Shown one piece after another: positions 1 to 11,783 of a stretch of DNA of 64,000 nt. The translations under genes were made by a program, and so were the position numbers. Numbering within the stretch: the first letter of the stretch is position 1; each line of letters opens with the position of its first letter. Source of the stretch: Heterodontus francisci. Taxonomy: Eukaryota. The notes under the pieces are model-generated. The model saw only the letters and a list, made by a program, of their open reading frames with translations. It was not told the origin of the DNA and made no database searches. Where the stretch lies: the NCBI RefSeq assembly GCF_036365525.1, contig NC_090393.1, forward strand, positions 55,938,335 to 56,002,334, read 5' to 3'.

Positions 1-299
1 CTCTCCTCTGTTGTTTACCTAGATGAGGTTGTGTTCCCTGGTTTCCAGTGTTACTTGTGTAATCAGAACCAGAACGCCTCCAGCAATGGATTCTCATCAC
101 CATGTGTTATCTGTGGGGTCCCCCAAGTACCTGACTTTGGGCCGTTCTTCTTTCATATTTTCATGCTGCCCTTTGGGGCTATTATTTAGCATCATAGAGT
201 GGTACAGAACAGAAGGAGGGAGGTCATTCCGCCTATCGAGTCTACACTTCTTTCAAAGAACAATCCAGTTAATGCCACGATCCCCATCTTTTTCCATAT

Positions 300-670
300 C
301 CCTGCATTTTTCTCCTTTTATTTATATAACGCTTTCATGATGTCAGGTTGTCCTAAAGCACTTCATAGTCAATGAATTACTGTTTGAAGTGTCGTTACTT
401 TTGTAATGTAGGGATCATGGCAGCAAATTTATACACAGCAAGCTGCCACACACAGAAATGTTATAATGACAAGATCATTATTTCTAGTGATGTTCATTGA
501 GGGTTAAAGATTGGTCCACGACACCAGGGATAACCCCTGTTTTTCTTCAAATTATTTTTACATCCACTTAAGGGAACAGTTGAGGCCTGAGTTTGATGTA
601 TCATCGAAAAGATGTCACCTCCTACAGTGCAGCACTCCCTCAGTATTGCACTACAGTGTCAGCCAGATGA
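300..670 (-). mobile_element. Old SINE relic (DeuSINE/SacSINE-like)
   Basis: Contains the motif 'cctacagtgcagcactccctcagtattgcact...gtgtcagcc', recalled from ancient shark SINEs; boundaries approximate. Confidence 0.45.
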
Positions 671-1242
671 AATAACTGAAGGATTGTGGAAATGCTACGA
701 ATTGGTTTCAGTGATCAGAAAATATTAGGTGATATATCAGTTTTCCTTTTCTTTGTCCAAACTCTGTGCGAGTCTTGAATGTAATTGTTAAATGCCTGTA
801 GCTGCTCCTCTGCCATCATTAGCACCATTACAGAGAGTTCCTCAGGAGATATCGCAGATGTGCAGATTACAGAACAGTGCCTGGTCAAATGGCTCAATGG
901 CTAATATACTGCACCACGCAATATGGAGATCGTTTTACCTGTGATGAAGCTTTCATCATCCATTGCTCACACAATCCGTCAGAAAGCAAAGGATAGATTT
1001 CATCCTTGCATTGATATGTTGAAAACTTGTGCAGACTATTTTTAATCTGGCTTGAGAAGACTTCTTTAGCTTGTGATTGATTTACACGACAATGTATGAA
1101 CTTCAGGGGAAGGTAATTGACAACAACAACAAAAAAACTCTTTTAGAAATCAATGCCAGAAGACACTAAAACATCTGAATATAAGCACATAAGAAACAGG
1201 GGCAGGAGTACGCCATTTGGTCTTCCTGTCTGCTCCATTTCA

Positions 1243-2107
1243 TGTTACCTTTTTGGGGGGGAATCTGCACTGTGTCTTTAAGTCAGCAAAGGATCAGTAC
1301 TGCTTTAAGAACAAGCAAGCCTCAGGAGTTATTGAGAAGGTGCATTCTGGTTGCCATTGGATACAACCATACAGAGAGGGAACTGACCAATTTCAGCAGG
1401 TGCATCCTGGTTGCCTTGGACGCAACCATTCAGAGACTGAGAATCGATTATACAATGTTGAGATTGAATTTTGAACAGCTTTTTATTTGAGATAGACTGT
1501 TCTAACAGACAGACAGCTGGGCTAGCATGAAATGAACAGAGATCTCTGTTAATTTAAACTGAAGGGAAGAGAAGGTGGACTGTGACAATCTTTTGTTCCT
1601 CAAAAAAAATGCTAAAACCAAATTGGTTCATTGAAAAGTGTTTGCAAGTTGTTGATCTGCAGTGGTCATCGCTGGATGAAAGAGGAATTGAAGATCGGAT
1701 GTTGGACATTCTTCTCCCCTTATCGAACCCTGGAAGACTGTGAGTGAAAGTTAATCAGAGGATTACTCATCGGGAAGTGTAAACCTGAAAGGACACTTTT
1801 TTATTTTAGATGTTTTTATCTTAGTAGTGTTTAAGAGTTTAGTTTTTTTCTAATAAACAGTTAACTTATTGATCTAAAGACACCTGGTTTGGTTCGCCTC
1901 ATTTGGGGATTGGAGGAGGGGGGTGGGTGGGTAGCGTGGTAATGGACACTTCCATTTAGCTGTAGATTTATTTAATTTGGAACGTTTAAAGTCATATGTT
2001 AGATGATCTGTGGAGCGGCAGGACTGATTTGACAGTGCATTGCTCCCAACGCAATCAGAATCATATATTTTGATTGGGGGCTTTGACTTGAGTGGTCAGT
2101 CGTAACA
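1243..2107 (+). repeat. 5' LTR of Gmr1-like Gypsy element
   Basis: Starts TGTTAC (1243) and ends GTAACA (2107), i.e. inverted termini; followed directly by a PBS-like TTGGGGGCTC; interrupts a CR1 3'-end fragment (1180-1242). Confidence 0.7.
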
Positions 2108-3921
2108 TATTAATTGGGGGCTCACTCGTGATTGAATCATATTTTAATTAAGTGGCTCGATTCTGGGATCAGAACCAGACTAATTTGGAGGGCTCACATT
2201 TGGATTCATATTAATTACTTGCCTCTGGGATAACATATTTAAATTGGGTCCCTGTGTTTGGCATCAGATTTAATTGCTCTCTCATCTGGGATCATAGCTT
2301 TTGGAAAATCAGTTGTTGATATCTAAATCTAACGCCAATTGCAAAGAAAAAAAAAAGAACCAGGTCTCTTGTAGAATAAGGTACAGTCTATACAATTGTA
2401 ATGGCATTAGTGGTTGAAGCAGAGTTTTTGGGAAAGCAGAATGTTCCCCTGAGTGACTTTGTAACTTTAACTAAAAACAATTAAAAGAATTGGCAGTGAA
2501 ATTGGGGTTGGAATTGAAATTAGGTGCCAAAAAAGCAGAGATAATTGACATAATAGCTGAACATCTGGAATTAGTAGTAGAAGAGGAAGATGATGATGCT
2601 GATGAAGGAACAAGAAAGTAATAGGTCCAAGAATGATGCAGTGGGATTGGCTAGGATTCAGTTAGAAACAAAAGAACTTGAGTCAGAAAAAGAATTAAGA
2701 AAACTTGAAAAAGAGAATGAAACAAGAATAACATCAGAAAGACTTAAGCTTGAATTCCAGAAAGAGGAAAGGGAGAAAGAGAGGGAATTTAAGTTAAAAG
2801 AGATGGAACTAAGGCAAAAGGGTAGTCTTGAATCCAGGAAAAATTCGGGTCAGGAAGAATCTGAATCTGGAAGCCAGCGAGAAGTTGTGTAAATTTATGC
2901 AGGCTCTTCCAAGGTTTGAGAAAAGGGACGTAGATGCATTTTTTATATCTTTTGAATAAAGTAGCCAAACAGATGAAATGGCTGAAAGGAAGCTGGAGAC
3001 TGCTTATGTAGGGCAGGTTGGTCGGCAGAGCTCATGAAGCTTATGCCATGCTTCCTGAAGAGGCTTTTGCAGATTATAAACTGGCAAAAAAGGCTATTCT
3101 CATTTCGTATGAGTTAGTCCCTGAAGCTTACCGTTAGATGTTTAGAACTTATGGAGATTGGCTGGGCAGACATATTTAGAATGTGAGAGGGTGAAGCAAA
3201 TTACTTTTGACTGTTGGATACGGGCATTGAAGACAGAAACCACATATGAGAACCTTCGAGAATTGGTTCTCTTAGAAGGGTTTAAAAACTCCATTCCTTC
3301 AGTATTGCGAACTCATATAGATAACCTGAAACTTTTGATAGCTAGGCAAACAGTAGAAATTGCTGATGATTTTGAGTTTATGAATGAGCACACCTATTTT
3401 TTCCATCACCCCCATAAACCTGTGAAGGATAGACAGTGGGAGAGTGAATGGAAGGCAAGTAGCTGGGGACAAGAAGGAACAGCTGGGAATGTCCCAGGAT
3501 CACCTCCTCAGGTCAAAAAGGAAGGTGCTGAAGGTAGAAGTGAGGTTCACAAGCCAAAGTGTTATCATTGCAACAAAATGGGTCATCTTCGTTCAGAGTG
3601 CTGGAAATTGCAAAGTAAACCCATAGCAGAGGAAAAGACTCTGATTGAGAGTACTGCAGACCAGACTATAGCTTTAATAACAGCTGTGAATGTGAAACTG
3701 GATACTAAAACCAAAAGGAGTGTAAAGATTACGAATAAAATATCTGAGAGGTAAAATGAATTTTTGTCAAAGGGGAGAGTAACTCTGTATCCTGTAAATG
3801 AGGCAGGAAAACCTATCATTATACTCAGGGACACAGAAGCAACCCAAATACTCTTGCTGGGGAAAGATATAGGGTTACCACCAGAGAGAGCCTTGAACGC
3901 TAAAGGTTTAGTTAATAATGT

Positions 3922-4885
3922 AAGAACATAAGGACTAGGAGCAGGAGTAGGCAATTCAGACCCTCGAGCCTACTCCGCCATTCAATATGATCATGGCTGA
4001 TCTCATCTCGGCCTCAACTCCACTTTCCTGCCAGTTCTCCATAACCCTTCACCCTATTACTAATTAAAAATCTGTCTATCTCCTCCTTAAATTTATTCAA
4101 TGTCCCGGCATTCACCACACTCTGGGGTAGTGAATTCCAAAGACTCACGACCCTTTGAGAGAAGTAATTTCTCCTTATCTCTGTTTTAAATCTGCTACCC
4201 CTTATACTAAAACTATGACCTCTCACCCCACAAGAGGAAACATTCTCTCTACGTCTAATTTGTCAATCCCCTTAACCATCTTATATACCTCAATTAGATC
4301 TCTTATTCTTCTAAACTCCAGAGAGTAAAGGCCTAAATTGCTCAAACTCTCTTCATAGGACAAACCCCTCATCTCTAGAATCAATCTAGTGAACCTCCTC
4401 TGAGCTGCCTCCAATGCAACTATATCCCTCCTGAAGTAAGGGGACCAAAACTGTACACAACATTCCAGGTGCAGTCTCACTAATGCCTTGTACAGTTGCA
4501 GCAACACTTACCTACTTTTATACTCTATTCCTTTAGCAATAAATGCCAAAATTCCATTTTCCTTCCTTATTACCTGCTGCACCTGCATACTAGTTTTCTG
4601 CAATTCATGCACAAGGACACCCAGATCCCTCTGAACCGAAGCACTCTGAAGTTTCTCTCCATTTAGATAATAATTTTCCTTTCTATTCTTCTGACCAAAA
4701 TGGATAACCACAGACTTATCCACGTTAAACTCCATCTGCCAAATTTTGACCCATTCACCTAACCTATCCATATCTATTTGTAAATTTCTTATTTCTTTAT
4801 TGCAACTTACTATCCCAACTATTTTAGTGTCATTTGCAAATTTGGCTATAGTATCTTCTAGCCTTGCATCCAACTCATTAATATA
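3922..4885 (-). mobile_element. CR1 LINE 3' fragment nested in the Gypsy pol
   Basis: ORFs 4014-4226 and 4223-4507 plus KFANDTK in 4508-5272 are the CR1 RT C-terminus (LYKALVRLHLECCVQFWSP; RNYFSQRVVSLWNSLP). Confidence 0.9.
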
Positions 4886-6344
4886 GCTTGGATATAATGG
4901 AATTGGCGGGGAGTATATGCCCATACCTTTGCATAAAATATGCCTAGTGAGTGACTTAATATCTGGGATAGTAACTGTAGGTGTTGTCCACAGTTTGCCA
5001 GTAAAGGGAATTAATCTACTCCCAGGAAATGATTTGGCTTGATCAAAAGTATCAGTTTCTCCTATAATTACAGCGGAACCAAGTGAAATTAAGGAAATGG
5101 AGCAATTACAGGAACAAGTTATGTGAATATTTCCTGCATGTGTAGTCACCCAAGCAATGGCTAAGTCCATTGGTGGTGGTAAAAGCGAACCACAAATAGA
5201 TAGCCAATTACCTGAAACCTTATTTAGGGATTTAGATAATCGAAATGAGATGTTTAACAGATCGTCTATCATTGCAGCACAGCAAGCTGATCCAGAGATA
5301 TACCGAATAGCACAGATGGCTCTGTCAGAAGCTAAGGTGAAAGGTGTTCTGGAAGGATATTATATAGCAAATGGGATTTTGAGGAGGACATGGAGACTGC
5401 CTCATAGACCTGCTGATGAAGACTGGACAGTTGTTGAACAGATAAATATACCACCTAAATATTGACAAGGATTATTAAGGTTAGCACACGACATTCCTTT
5501 TGTAGGACATAGGGGAATTCAGAAGACCAAATCATGCATAAGCCAACATTATTACTGGCCAGGTCTTACAAAGGATGAGAGGCAATTTTGTACGACATGC
5601 TGTATCTGCCAAATGGTGGAAAAACCACAACCTACCATAAAACCAGTAGATGAAATATTAGTGTTGTTGCCAATACAGGAAGAACCATTAAAAGCACGGT
5701 TCAGTGGCCCATATAGAGTGATCAAAAGAGTGGTAGATTACTTGATTGACACCCCTGATCGCTGGAAGAAGAACCAATTGTGTCACATTAATTTGCTCAA
5801 ACAATATTATCACAGGGAGGAGGATAAGCCAGTACAGGTATGTCAGGTAATCAGGACTGTTGAGAAGGAAAAGGATAGTGAGTATGAGGCAGAAGCAGGC
5901 CTAGGAAATTCTCAGATTGAACCTCCAACTATCACATTAGTGAATACAGAATGGCTAGGAAAAGTAAACTATATGCTTTTGCACTTAGAGGCAGAACAGT
6001 GTGAAAACCTAACCAGGCTTTCACAATGTTTCAAAGAGTTTGTAGGGATAAACCGGGATGTACAACTTTAGCCACACATGATGTGGGTATAGGGGGAATC
6101 ATTCCTTTAAAACAACATTCTTTCTGCTTAGGTCCAGACAGACAGGCCCAAGTGGAAACAGAGGTACAATGCATGATGAAGGGCAGCTTAGTTGAACCTA
6201 GTCAGGACAACTGGAATTCGCAGATGGTCTTGATACCTAAACTTGCTCAAACTTGCATCGACTATAGAAAAGTCACTGCAGTAAAGAAGGCAGACTCCTT
6301 CCCAAATTCTCATTTAAAGGACTGTATGGACAGAGTGGGCAACA

Positions 6345-7458
6345 CAATGTGCAATTTGGCAATTTGGATCCAAAATTGGCTTAGTGGCAGGAGCAGAGGG
6401 TAATGGTCGAGGGTTGTTTTTGCAATTGGGAGCCTGTGACCACTGGTGTACTGCAAGGATCGGTGCTGGGACCTTTGCTATTTATAGTGTACATTAATGA
6501 TTTAGATGTGAATATAGGAGGTATGATCAGTAAGTTCACAGATGACACGAAAATTGGTGGTGTCGTAAATAGTGAGGAGGAAAGCCTTAGGTTACAGGAT
6601 GATATAGATGGGCTGGTAAAATGGACAGAGCTGTGGCAAATGGAATTTAAGCCTGAGAAGTGTGAGATGATGCCTTTTGGGAGGACTAACAAGGCAAGGG
6701 AATATGCAATGGGTGGTAGGACTCTAGGAAGTACAGAGGGTCAGAGAGACCTTGGTGTACTTTTCCTTAGATCACTGAAAGCAGCAGCACAGGTAGATAA
6801 GGTGGTTAGGAAGGCATATGGAATACTTGCCTTTATTAGCTGAGGCATAGAATATAAGAGCAGGGAAGTTATGATAGAGCTGTAGAAAACGCTAGTTAGG
6901 CCACAGCTGGAGTACTGTGTACAGTTTTGGTTGTCACACTTTAGGAAGAATGTGATTGCACTAGAGAGGGTTCAGAAGAGATTCACCAGGATGTTGCCTG
7001 GGTTGGAGTATTTCAACTTTGAAGAGAGACTGGATAGGCTAGGGTTGTTTTTCTTCGAGCAGAGAAGGCTGAGGGGGGATGTGATTGAGGTATACAGAAT
7101 CATGAGGGGCAAAGATAGGGTAGATAGGAAGAAACTTTTTTCCCTTAGCGGAGGGGTCAGTAACCAGGCGGTATAGATTTAAGGTAAGGGCAAGAGGTTT
7201 AGACGGGATTTGAGGAAAATCTTTTTCACCCAGAGGGTGGTTGGAATCTGGAACACACTGCCTGAAGAGGTGGTAGAGGCAAGAACCCTCGCAACATTTA
7301 AGAAGTATTTAGATGAGCACTTGAAACGCCATAACATGCAAGGCTACGGGCCAAGTGCTGGAAAATGGGATGAGAATAGATAGGTGCTTGATGGCTGGCA
7401 CAGAAACGATGGGCCAAAGGGCCTGTTTATGTGCTGTACAACTCTATGACTCTATGAC
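6345..7458 (+). mobile_element. CR1 LINE 3' fragment
   Basis: GVLQGSVLGPLLFIVYINDL...KFTDDTK (6403-6843), QKRFTRMLPGL; ends in a short tandem tail 'ctctatgactctatga'. Confidence 0.9.
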
Positions 7459-8015
7459 CTTCCAATCCTTGGAAACTCTTCGCGAATCTAAAGAATTCTG
7501 GAAGATTAAAACCAATGCAGCCACTATCTCTGCAGCTTCCTCTCGTAAAACCCTACGATGCAAGTCGTCACGTCCAAGAGATTTGTCACAACCTAGTCCC
7601 ATTAATTTCTCCTGTACCATTTCTTCGCTTATGCCGATTTCTTTAAGTTCCTCATTCTCGCTCGACCCTTGGTTCCTAATTATTTCCGGATTGAGTTTTG
7701 TGTCTTCTACCGTGCAGACAGATACAAAGTATTTGTTTGATGTCTCTGCCATTTCCTTAATGTCCATTATAGTTTCACCTGTCTCTTCCCCTAATCTGCC
7801 CACGTTTACTTTCATTAATCACTTGCCATTTACATATCTTTAGAAACGTTTACAATCTGTTTTTATGTCTCTGGTTAGTCTACTCCCATATTCTCTTTCC
7901 TCTTTCCTTGTCAATTTCTTGGTCCATTTTAGCTGAATTCTAAAATCCTCCCAATCCTCAGGATTACTACTCTTTTTGGCAACATTATAAACCATTTCCT
8001 TTGATCTAATGTTAT
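7459..8015 (-). mobile_element. CR1 LINE internal fragment
   Basis: ORF 7444-7815: NKYFVSVCT...DKSLGRDDLHRRVLRE...IFQNSLDS, the region preceding CR1 RT. Confidence 0.8.
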
Positions 8016-8153
8016 CTTACACATTTGCGGTGGGGCCAGGACGAGCAGAAGTGCCCCAAACAGCACTTTAGACGAAGGGGAGGAAAATAATAAAAATAAT
8101 AACCAAACTGCACAGTCATAGTGGGCTTTGTTTTCAGATAACTTAGCGCACTC

Positions 8154-8351
8154 TTTATTGCGTGAGCTTTAACAATACCAAAAGACTATGGATTTGACTT
8201 ATTTTGCATTAGAAATAAGAGACACGGAAAACCGTATTGCATTTGAGGTTAGATCAACAGCTTTATTGAGCAGCTGCATTGGAATAGATTAACAGGAAGC
8301 ATTTACTTAGGATGCAATAACCATATTTTTGCCTTTCGAATTAACTTTATT
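8154..8351 (-). terminator. Candidate poly(A) signals of the Ig light-chain transcript
   Basis: Three minus-strand AATAAA hexamers (plus-strand tttatt at 8346-8351, 8262-8267 and 8154-8159), about 240-430 nt past the C stop codon. Confidence 0.6.
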
Positions 8352-8590
8352 GGACGCACATAACCTAGATTAATTAATATTGAATTTTCAATTAACACCG
8401 ACAATCCTTCGATGGAAGAGCATTTAAAATTAAAAATTCTTAAAAGACGAAGTTCCAACCTCAATGGCTATTTTCTTAAACCTCCGAAATGCAATACATT
8501 TCTACATTTTTTGCCGCAAGAAAGAAACGAATAGGGGATAAACAAACTTTCTCAGCTGGGTCAAGTACGGTTTCACGTACAAGTACGAAA

Positions 8591-8913
8591 TCACATACAG
8601 TTGGACCTAGCAATACTTGTTTTAAGCGGATTTGCTTGAGTCTCGTGTTTAACCACACAGGTGTAAAGCTCGTGTGAGTTCCACTCTGAGGCTGGCAGAG
8701 TCAGATAACTGCTCACACTGAACGTGTTGTCCGTCTCCTGCTGGATCCGACTGGTCTCAACACCATTCGCTCTCACACTGTCATCTACAGTCCACTCAAT
8801 CTCCACGACTCCCGGGTTAAACCCGCTCACCAAACACACCAGGGTCGCCGTGTTCTTTGTTGTGATTTGATCCGATGAAGGCGGAAGGACGGACACCGAT
8901 GGTTCCTGCGGAT
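8591..8913 (-). CDS. IGLC: Immunoglobulin light-chain constant exon (elasmobranch type II / lambda-like)
   Basis: AG acceptor at 8915-8914, phase 1. Reads (N)PQEPSVSVLPPSSDQITTKNTATLVCLVSGFNPGVVEIEWTVDD...FSVSSYLTLPASEWNSHELYTCVVKHETQANPLKTSIARSNCM*: C1-set Cys/Trp/Cys plus a penultimate interchain Cys. Closely matches shark lambda/type II C regions as I recall them. Confidence 0.95.
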
Positions 8914-9056
8914 CTGTTTTTTTTTAAATAAAAAAGCTTTAATAGTGTCGGGGTATTGCTTTGGTTGAAGCATGAGATTTTTTTTCCAAAATAATATAAT
9001 TCGAATTCTGCCATTCATTGAATATCATAAATACACCCCCTTGTTTTATACATATT

Positions 9057-9115
9057 TCAAAATACTATTTCATCCGAGGAAGAGTGAAGGAGGGAGACCG
9101 ATGGAACTTTTGAAT
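9057..9115 (-). pseudogene. Truncated relic of a second IgL C exon (first ~18 codons)
   Basis: Acceptor cttcatattttcAG, then (N)SKVPSVSLLHSSSDEIVF*. 36 of 50 nt match the start of the functional C exon by manual alignment; same splice phase. Confidence 0.75.
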
Positions 9116-10403
9116 CTGAAAATATGAAGTTTAATTTAAATGGCTGAGTGGAGTTGGCACATTGGGTCAGTCCAATTTTACAGAAAATAGAACAATTCAG
9201 TACATTATACTTCGTAATGTCGCCCCTGAACGATATAACAATACATCCTTGCTGTATATATTGCCGACTAAAACACGGCATTATGTCGCTACTACGTGTC
9301 AACATTGAGCTGCAGCTCTGCTGACAATAATTTGAATTAGAAATACTCAACATATATTAAATGTGTTCTAATGCGTCAAGATGTGGTGGAACGCTCATCT
9401 GCTTTACAACAAGTCATGCAGTCGGGATTTACTGATGAACTTATGTTTTTATAACCCAGAACAGTGCAGGTGCACTTGCTGAGTTATTTCCATTCGGTGG
9501 GATTCTCCCTTCCGTGGTCGAGCGCTTTAAACCCCACAGAGGGAGTTGAGCGCGCAATCTAAACTGACACTTCAGCGAGCCGATGTGACAGCTTTTGGAT
9601 CAGATTTAAACCGAGATCCGTGTCAGATGAACCTAAAATATTCTATTAAAATATTGGAGGAAGTCCCGACCGACAGCCCTCGTGTGAAAGCAGATTAACC
9701 AGTGTTTCGCCGCATTGCTGTCTGTGGGAGTAGGTGGCACAGATGGCTGCGGGGCTCATCAACAAAAAAAAACATTCTGCAAGAGCTCTGGTATGTTTCC
9801 GATACAAGCCGCGAAATAAATACAACTAGTTATGTCTTTGATTTTTGTCCTTTAATGTTGTGCGGCTTGTAATAGGAGAGAATAGGGGAAATCTTGACTT
9901 TGTGCATTAGTGAGAAACGGGTGTTAAAGGGGCCGACCATTTTACATTGAAGTCAAGGGAAAAAGAAATCGGGAGAAATGTAAAATCGGCTGCCTACTCA
10001 GTATCAGCCGTTTTACACTATAAATGAAGTCAATGCGCGCTGACACTGCTCGTATGGAAGATTTATATTTATATTTACTCTCAAGCAAGGGTTAGCACTA
10101 AAAGGTAATAAGCGAGTTTAGTTCCAGCATTAAAATCGATTTAATATGCTCAAATACTTCTAATGCAACGGAATCGTTACTTTGAGTCGAATTGTGATCA
10201 CTGGCCTGCGCATCAAAATAACCAACGACTCATCAGATTACAACAGGAGAACCAACAGGAGACTTCTGTCTGTAGGGCGCATGTTTTATACACAGGACAA
10301 TCTGACCGTGTGAATGGTTCAAACACAATAAAAATGAGTTAATAGCGCCGCTAATCTCATGTTTGTACATACATTAGTTTTTAAAAGAAATAAAAACAAG
10401 TCC

Positions 10404-10540
10404 AGTTCTGAAGAAGGGTCACTGACCTGAAACGTTAATTCTGCTTCTCTCTCCACAGACGCTGCCAGACCTGCTGAGTTTTCCAGCATTTCTTGTTTTT
10501 ATTTCAGATTTCCAGCATCTGCAGTATTTTGCTTTTATTT
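10404..10540 (+). mobile_element. Penelope-derived short repeat with minimal hammerhead ribozyme core, in the J-C intron
   Basis: AGTT-CTGAAGA-AGGGTCACTGACCT-GAAA-CGTT-AATT, followed by the same tail found 3' of the GIY-YIG fragment at 28.4 kb. Confidence 0.7.
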
Positions 10541-11421
10541 TAGTTTTCAAAAGACTGCGCTGAGTTCAAACTTGGCCATGTTTTGTTTATTGCAGAAAAG
10601 ACCAGGGAGTAATACGCAATTTTAATTACGAGCCCGCATACGCTTCAACAGATATGAAGTATGCATGCCTTATTTCTGGGTAGCCTTGTTAACTCGTTCC
10701 TTTTCATTGCGTGCGCCACAATTAGCTAATGTGTAATGAATGATTTTCTCATTGCATTGCCATTCTTCATTTGCTCTCAGCTTAAATCGGCATTTGCACA
10801 GAATTCGTTGTAATTCGGAGCCGTTATATTAATTACAGCCAAAATACCAACAGGGAGCTGAGAACTCAAAACATTGGAGGCGAGATTTACCAGACAATTT
10901 TGACCTTTCATTGCTTCTCGTGTTCTGAAAGGCGAATTCAGGTGGGCCTATTTTACGCGATATCCATTCTTTCGGTACTTGCGCAAGTGATCATCGTTCA
11001 CTTGTGCTAATAGACAGATTTTCGATCAGGTATTTAAGGAAAAGGGATACAAAAACCACCGAGCTCGATTTAGTCACTACCGGAGGTTCACACTGTGTGT
11101 TTCCCTGCGAGGTCACTCGATCGCAGTTAGGATTAGAGTTTCTTACTGCTTTTTCCGTTCTATGGCGCAAAGATTCCGAGGCCAGTTGTTTTGTGGTTAT
11201 GGTAAGGTAGCTCAATACAGACCAAAACTTCCACCCTGAACTCATAGTCTTGAAAACCTTCTAGAACTGGAAGGTTCAGTTCCTCACTGGGGAGCAAGAT
11301 AGCCTGTATCATTTAAATTGAATTGATAGTTCTATTGTTAAAAGTACATTGTAATTGTTTCAAAATACCTGAACAGTTACAGTAGTTTGCTCCTAACCTG
11401 AATAAGGTTTTGAACGAGATA

Positions 11422-11429
11422 ATGCAAAT
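11422..11429 (-). promoter_or_regulatory. Octamer motif just 3' of the J splice donor
   Basis: Perfect ATTTGCAT on the minus strand, about 12 nt into the J-C intron. Confidence 0.5.
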
Positions 11430-11441
11430 GGTTTTACTTAC

Positions 11442-11480
11442 TGCCAACACTCAGCTTGGTCCCTTTACCGAACACAAAGC
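11442..11480 (-). CDS. IGLJ: Ig light-chain J segment
   Basis: GC TTT GTG TTC GGT AAA GGG ACC AAG CTG AGT GTT GGC A|GTAAGT = FVFGKGTKLSVG; FGXG motif and phase-1 donor. Confidence 0.95.
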
Positions 11481-11508
11481 CACGGTGTTACAGAGCCGTA
11501 CAAAAACT
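11481..11508 (-). other. J recombination signal sequence, 12-bp spacer
   Basis: Minus strand: AGTTTTTGT + ACGGCTCTGTAA (12 nt) + CACCGTG, abutting J. Confidence 0.92.
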
Positions 11509-11744
11509 CTTCAGACCTGAAAATTCCAAAAAACGGACGTATAATCCTGAGTCATACAAACGTGGCAGAGGGAAAACCTTTAGTAAAGTCATACTTATCA
11601 GCTGAATTGTAAGTCGCTAATCTGGTTTAGGCAGTTATAAAAATCATGAAAAAATCTCTGAACATCACTAATGCTCCAATGTGCAACACGATCTCAATTC
11701 ATTGTTAGTTTATCTATAGAATCCAGAAATAGTCAATGAGGAAG

Positions 11745-11783
11745 TAGTTTTGTATCAGTTCCAGCAGTGACTGTTACGCTGTG
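11745..11783 (-). other. V recombination signal sequence, 23-bp spacer
   Basis: Minus strand: CACAGCG + TAACAGTCACTGCTGGAACTGAT (23 nt) + ACAAAACTA, directly after V. Confidence 0.9.

Larger units (their letters stand above)
1243..6340 (+). mobile_element. Decayed Gmr1-type Gypsy LTR retrotransposon (gag-pro-int-RT order), 3' truncated
   Basis: Gag coiled coil (2590-2892); CCHC knuckle CYHCNKMGHLRSEC (3158-3754); protease-like IILRDTEATQ (~3815-3850); integrase HHCC region (~5480-5612) and C-terminus KARFSGPYRV (5613-6071); then RT start KPGCTTL...CIDYRKV (6026-6340). Many stops and frameshifts. Confidence 0.85.

Noticed and set aside
2108-2297. CRISPR array
   Set aside because: Vertebrate DNA, degenerate units, no cas genes; explained as PBS-like duplications.
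11049-11097. Perfect nonamer ACAAAAACC (11049-11057) and heptamer CACTGTG (11091-11097) in the J-C intron, suggesting a second J or a deleting element
   Set aside because: They are 33 nt apart and in incompatible orientations; neither has a partner at 12/23 spacing and no FGXG follows. At most an isolated heptamer.
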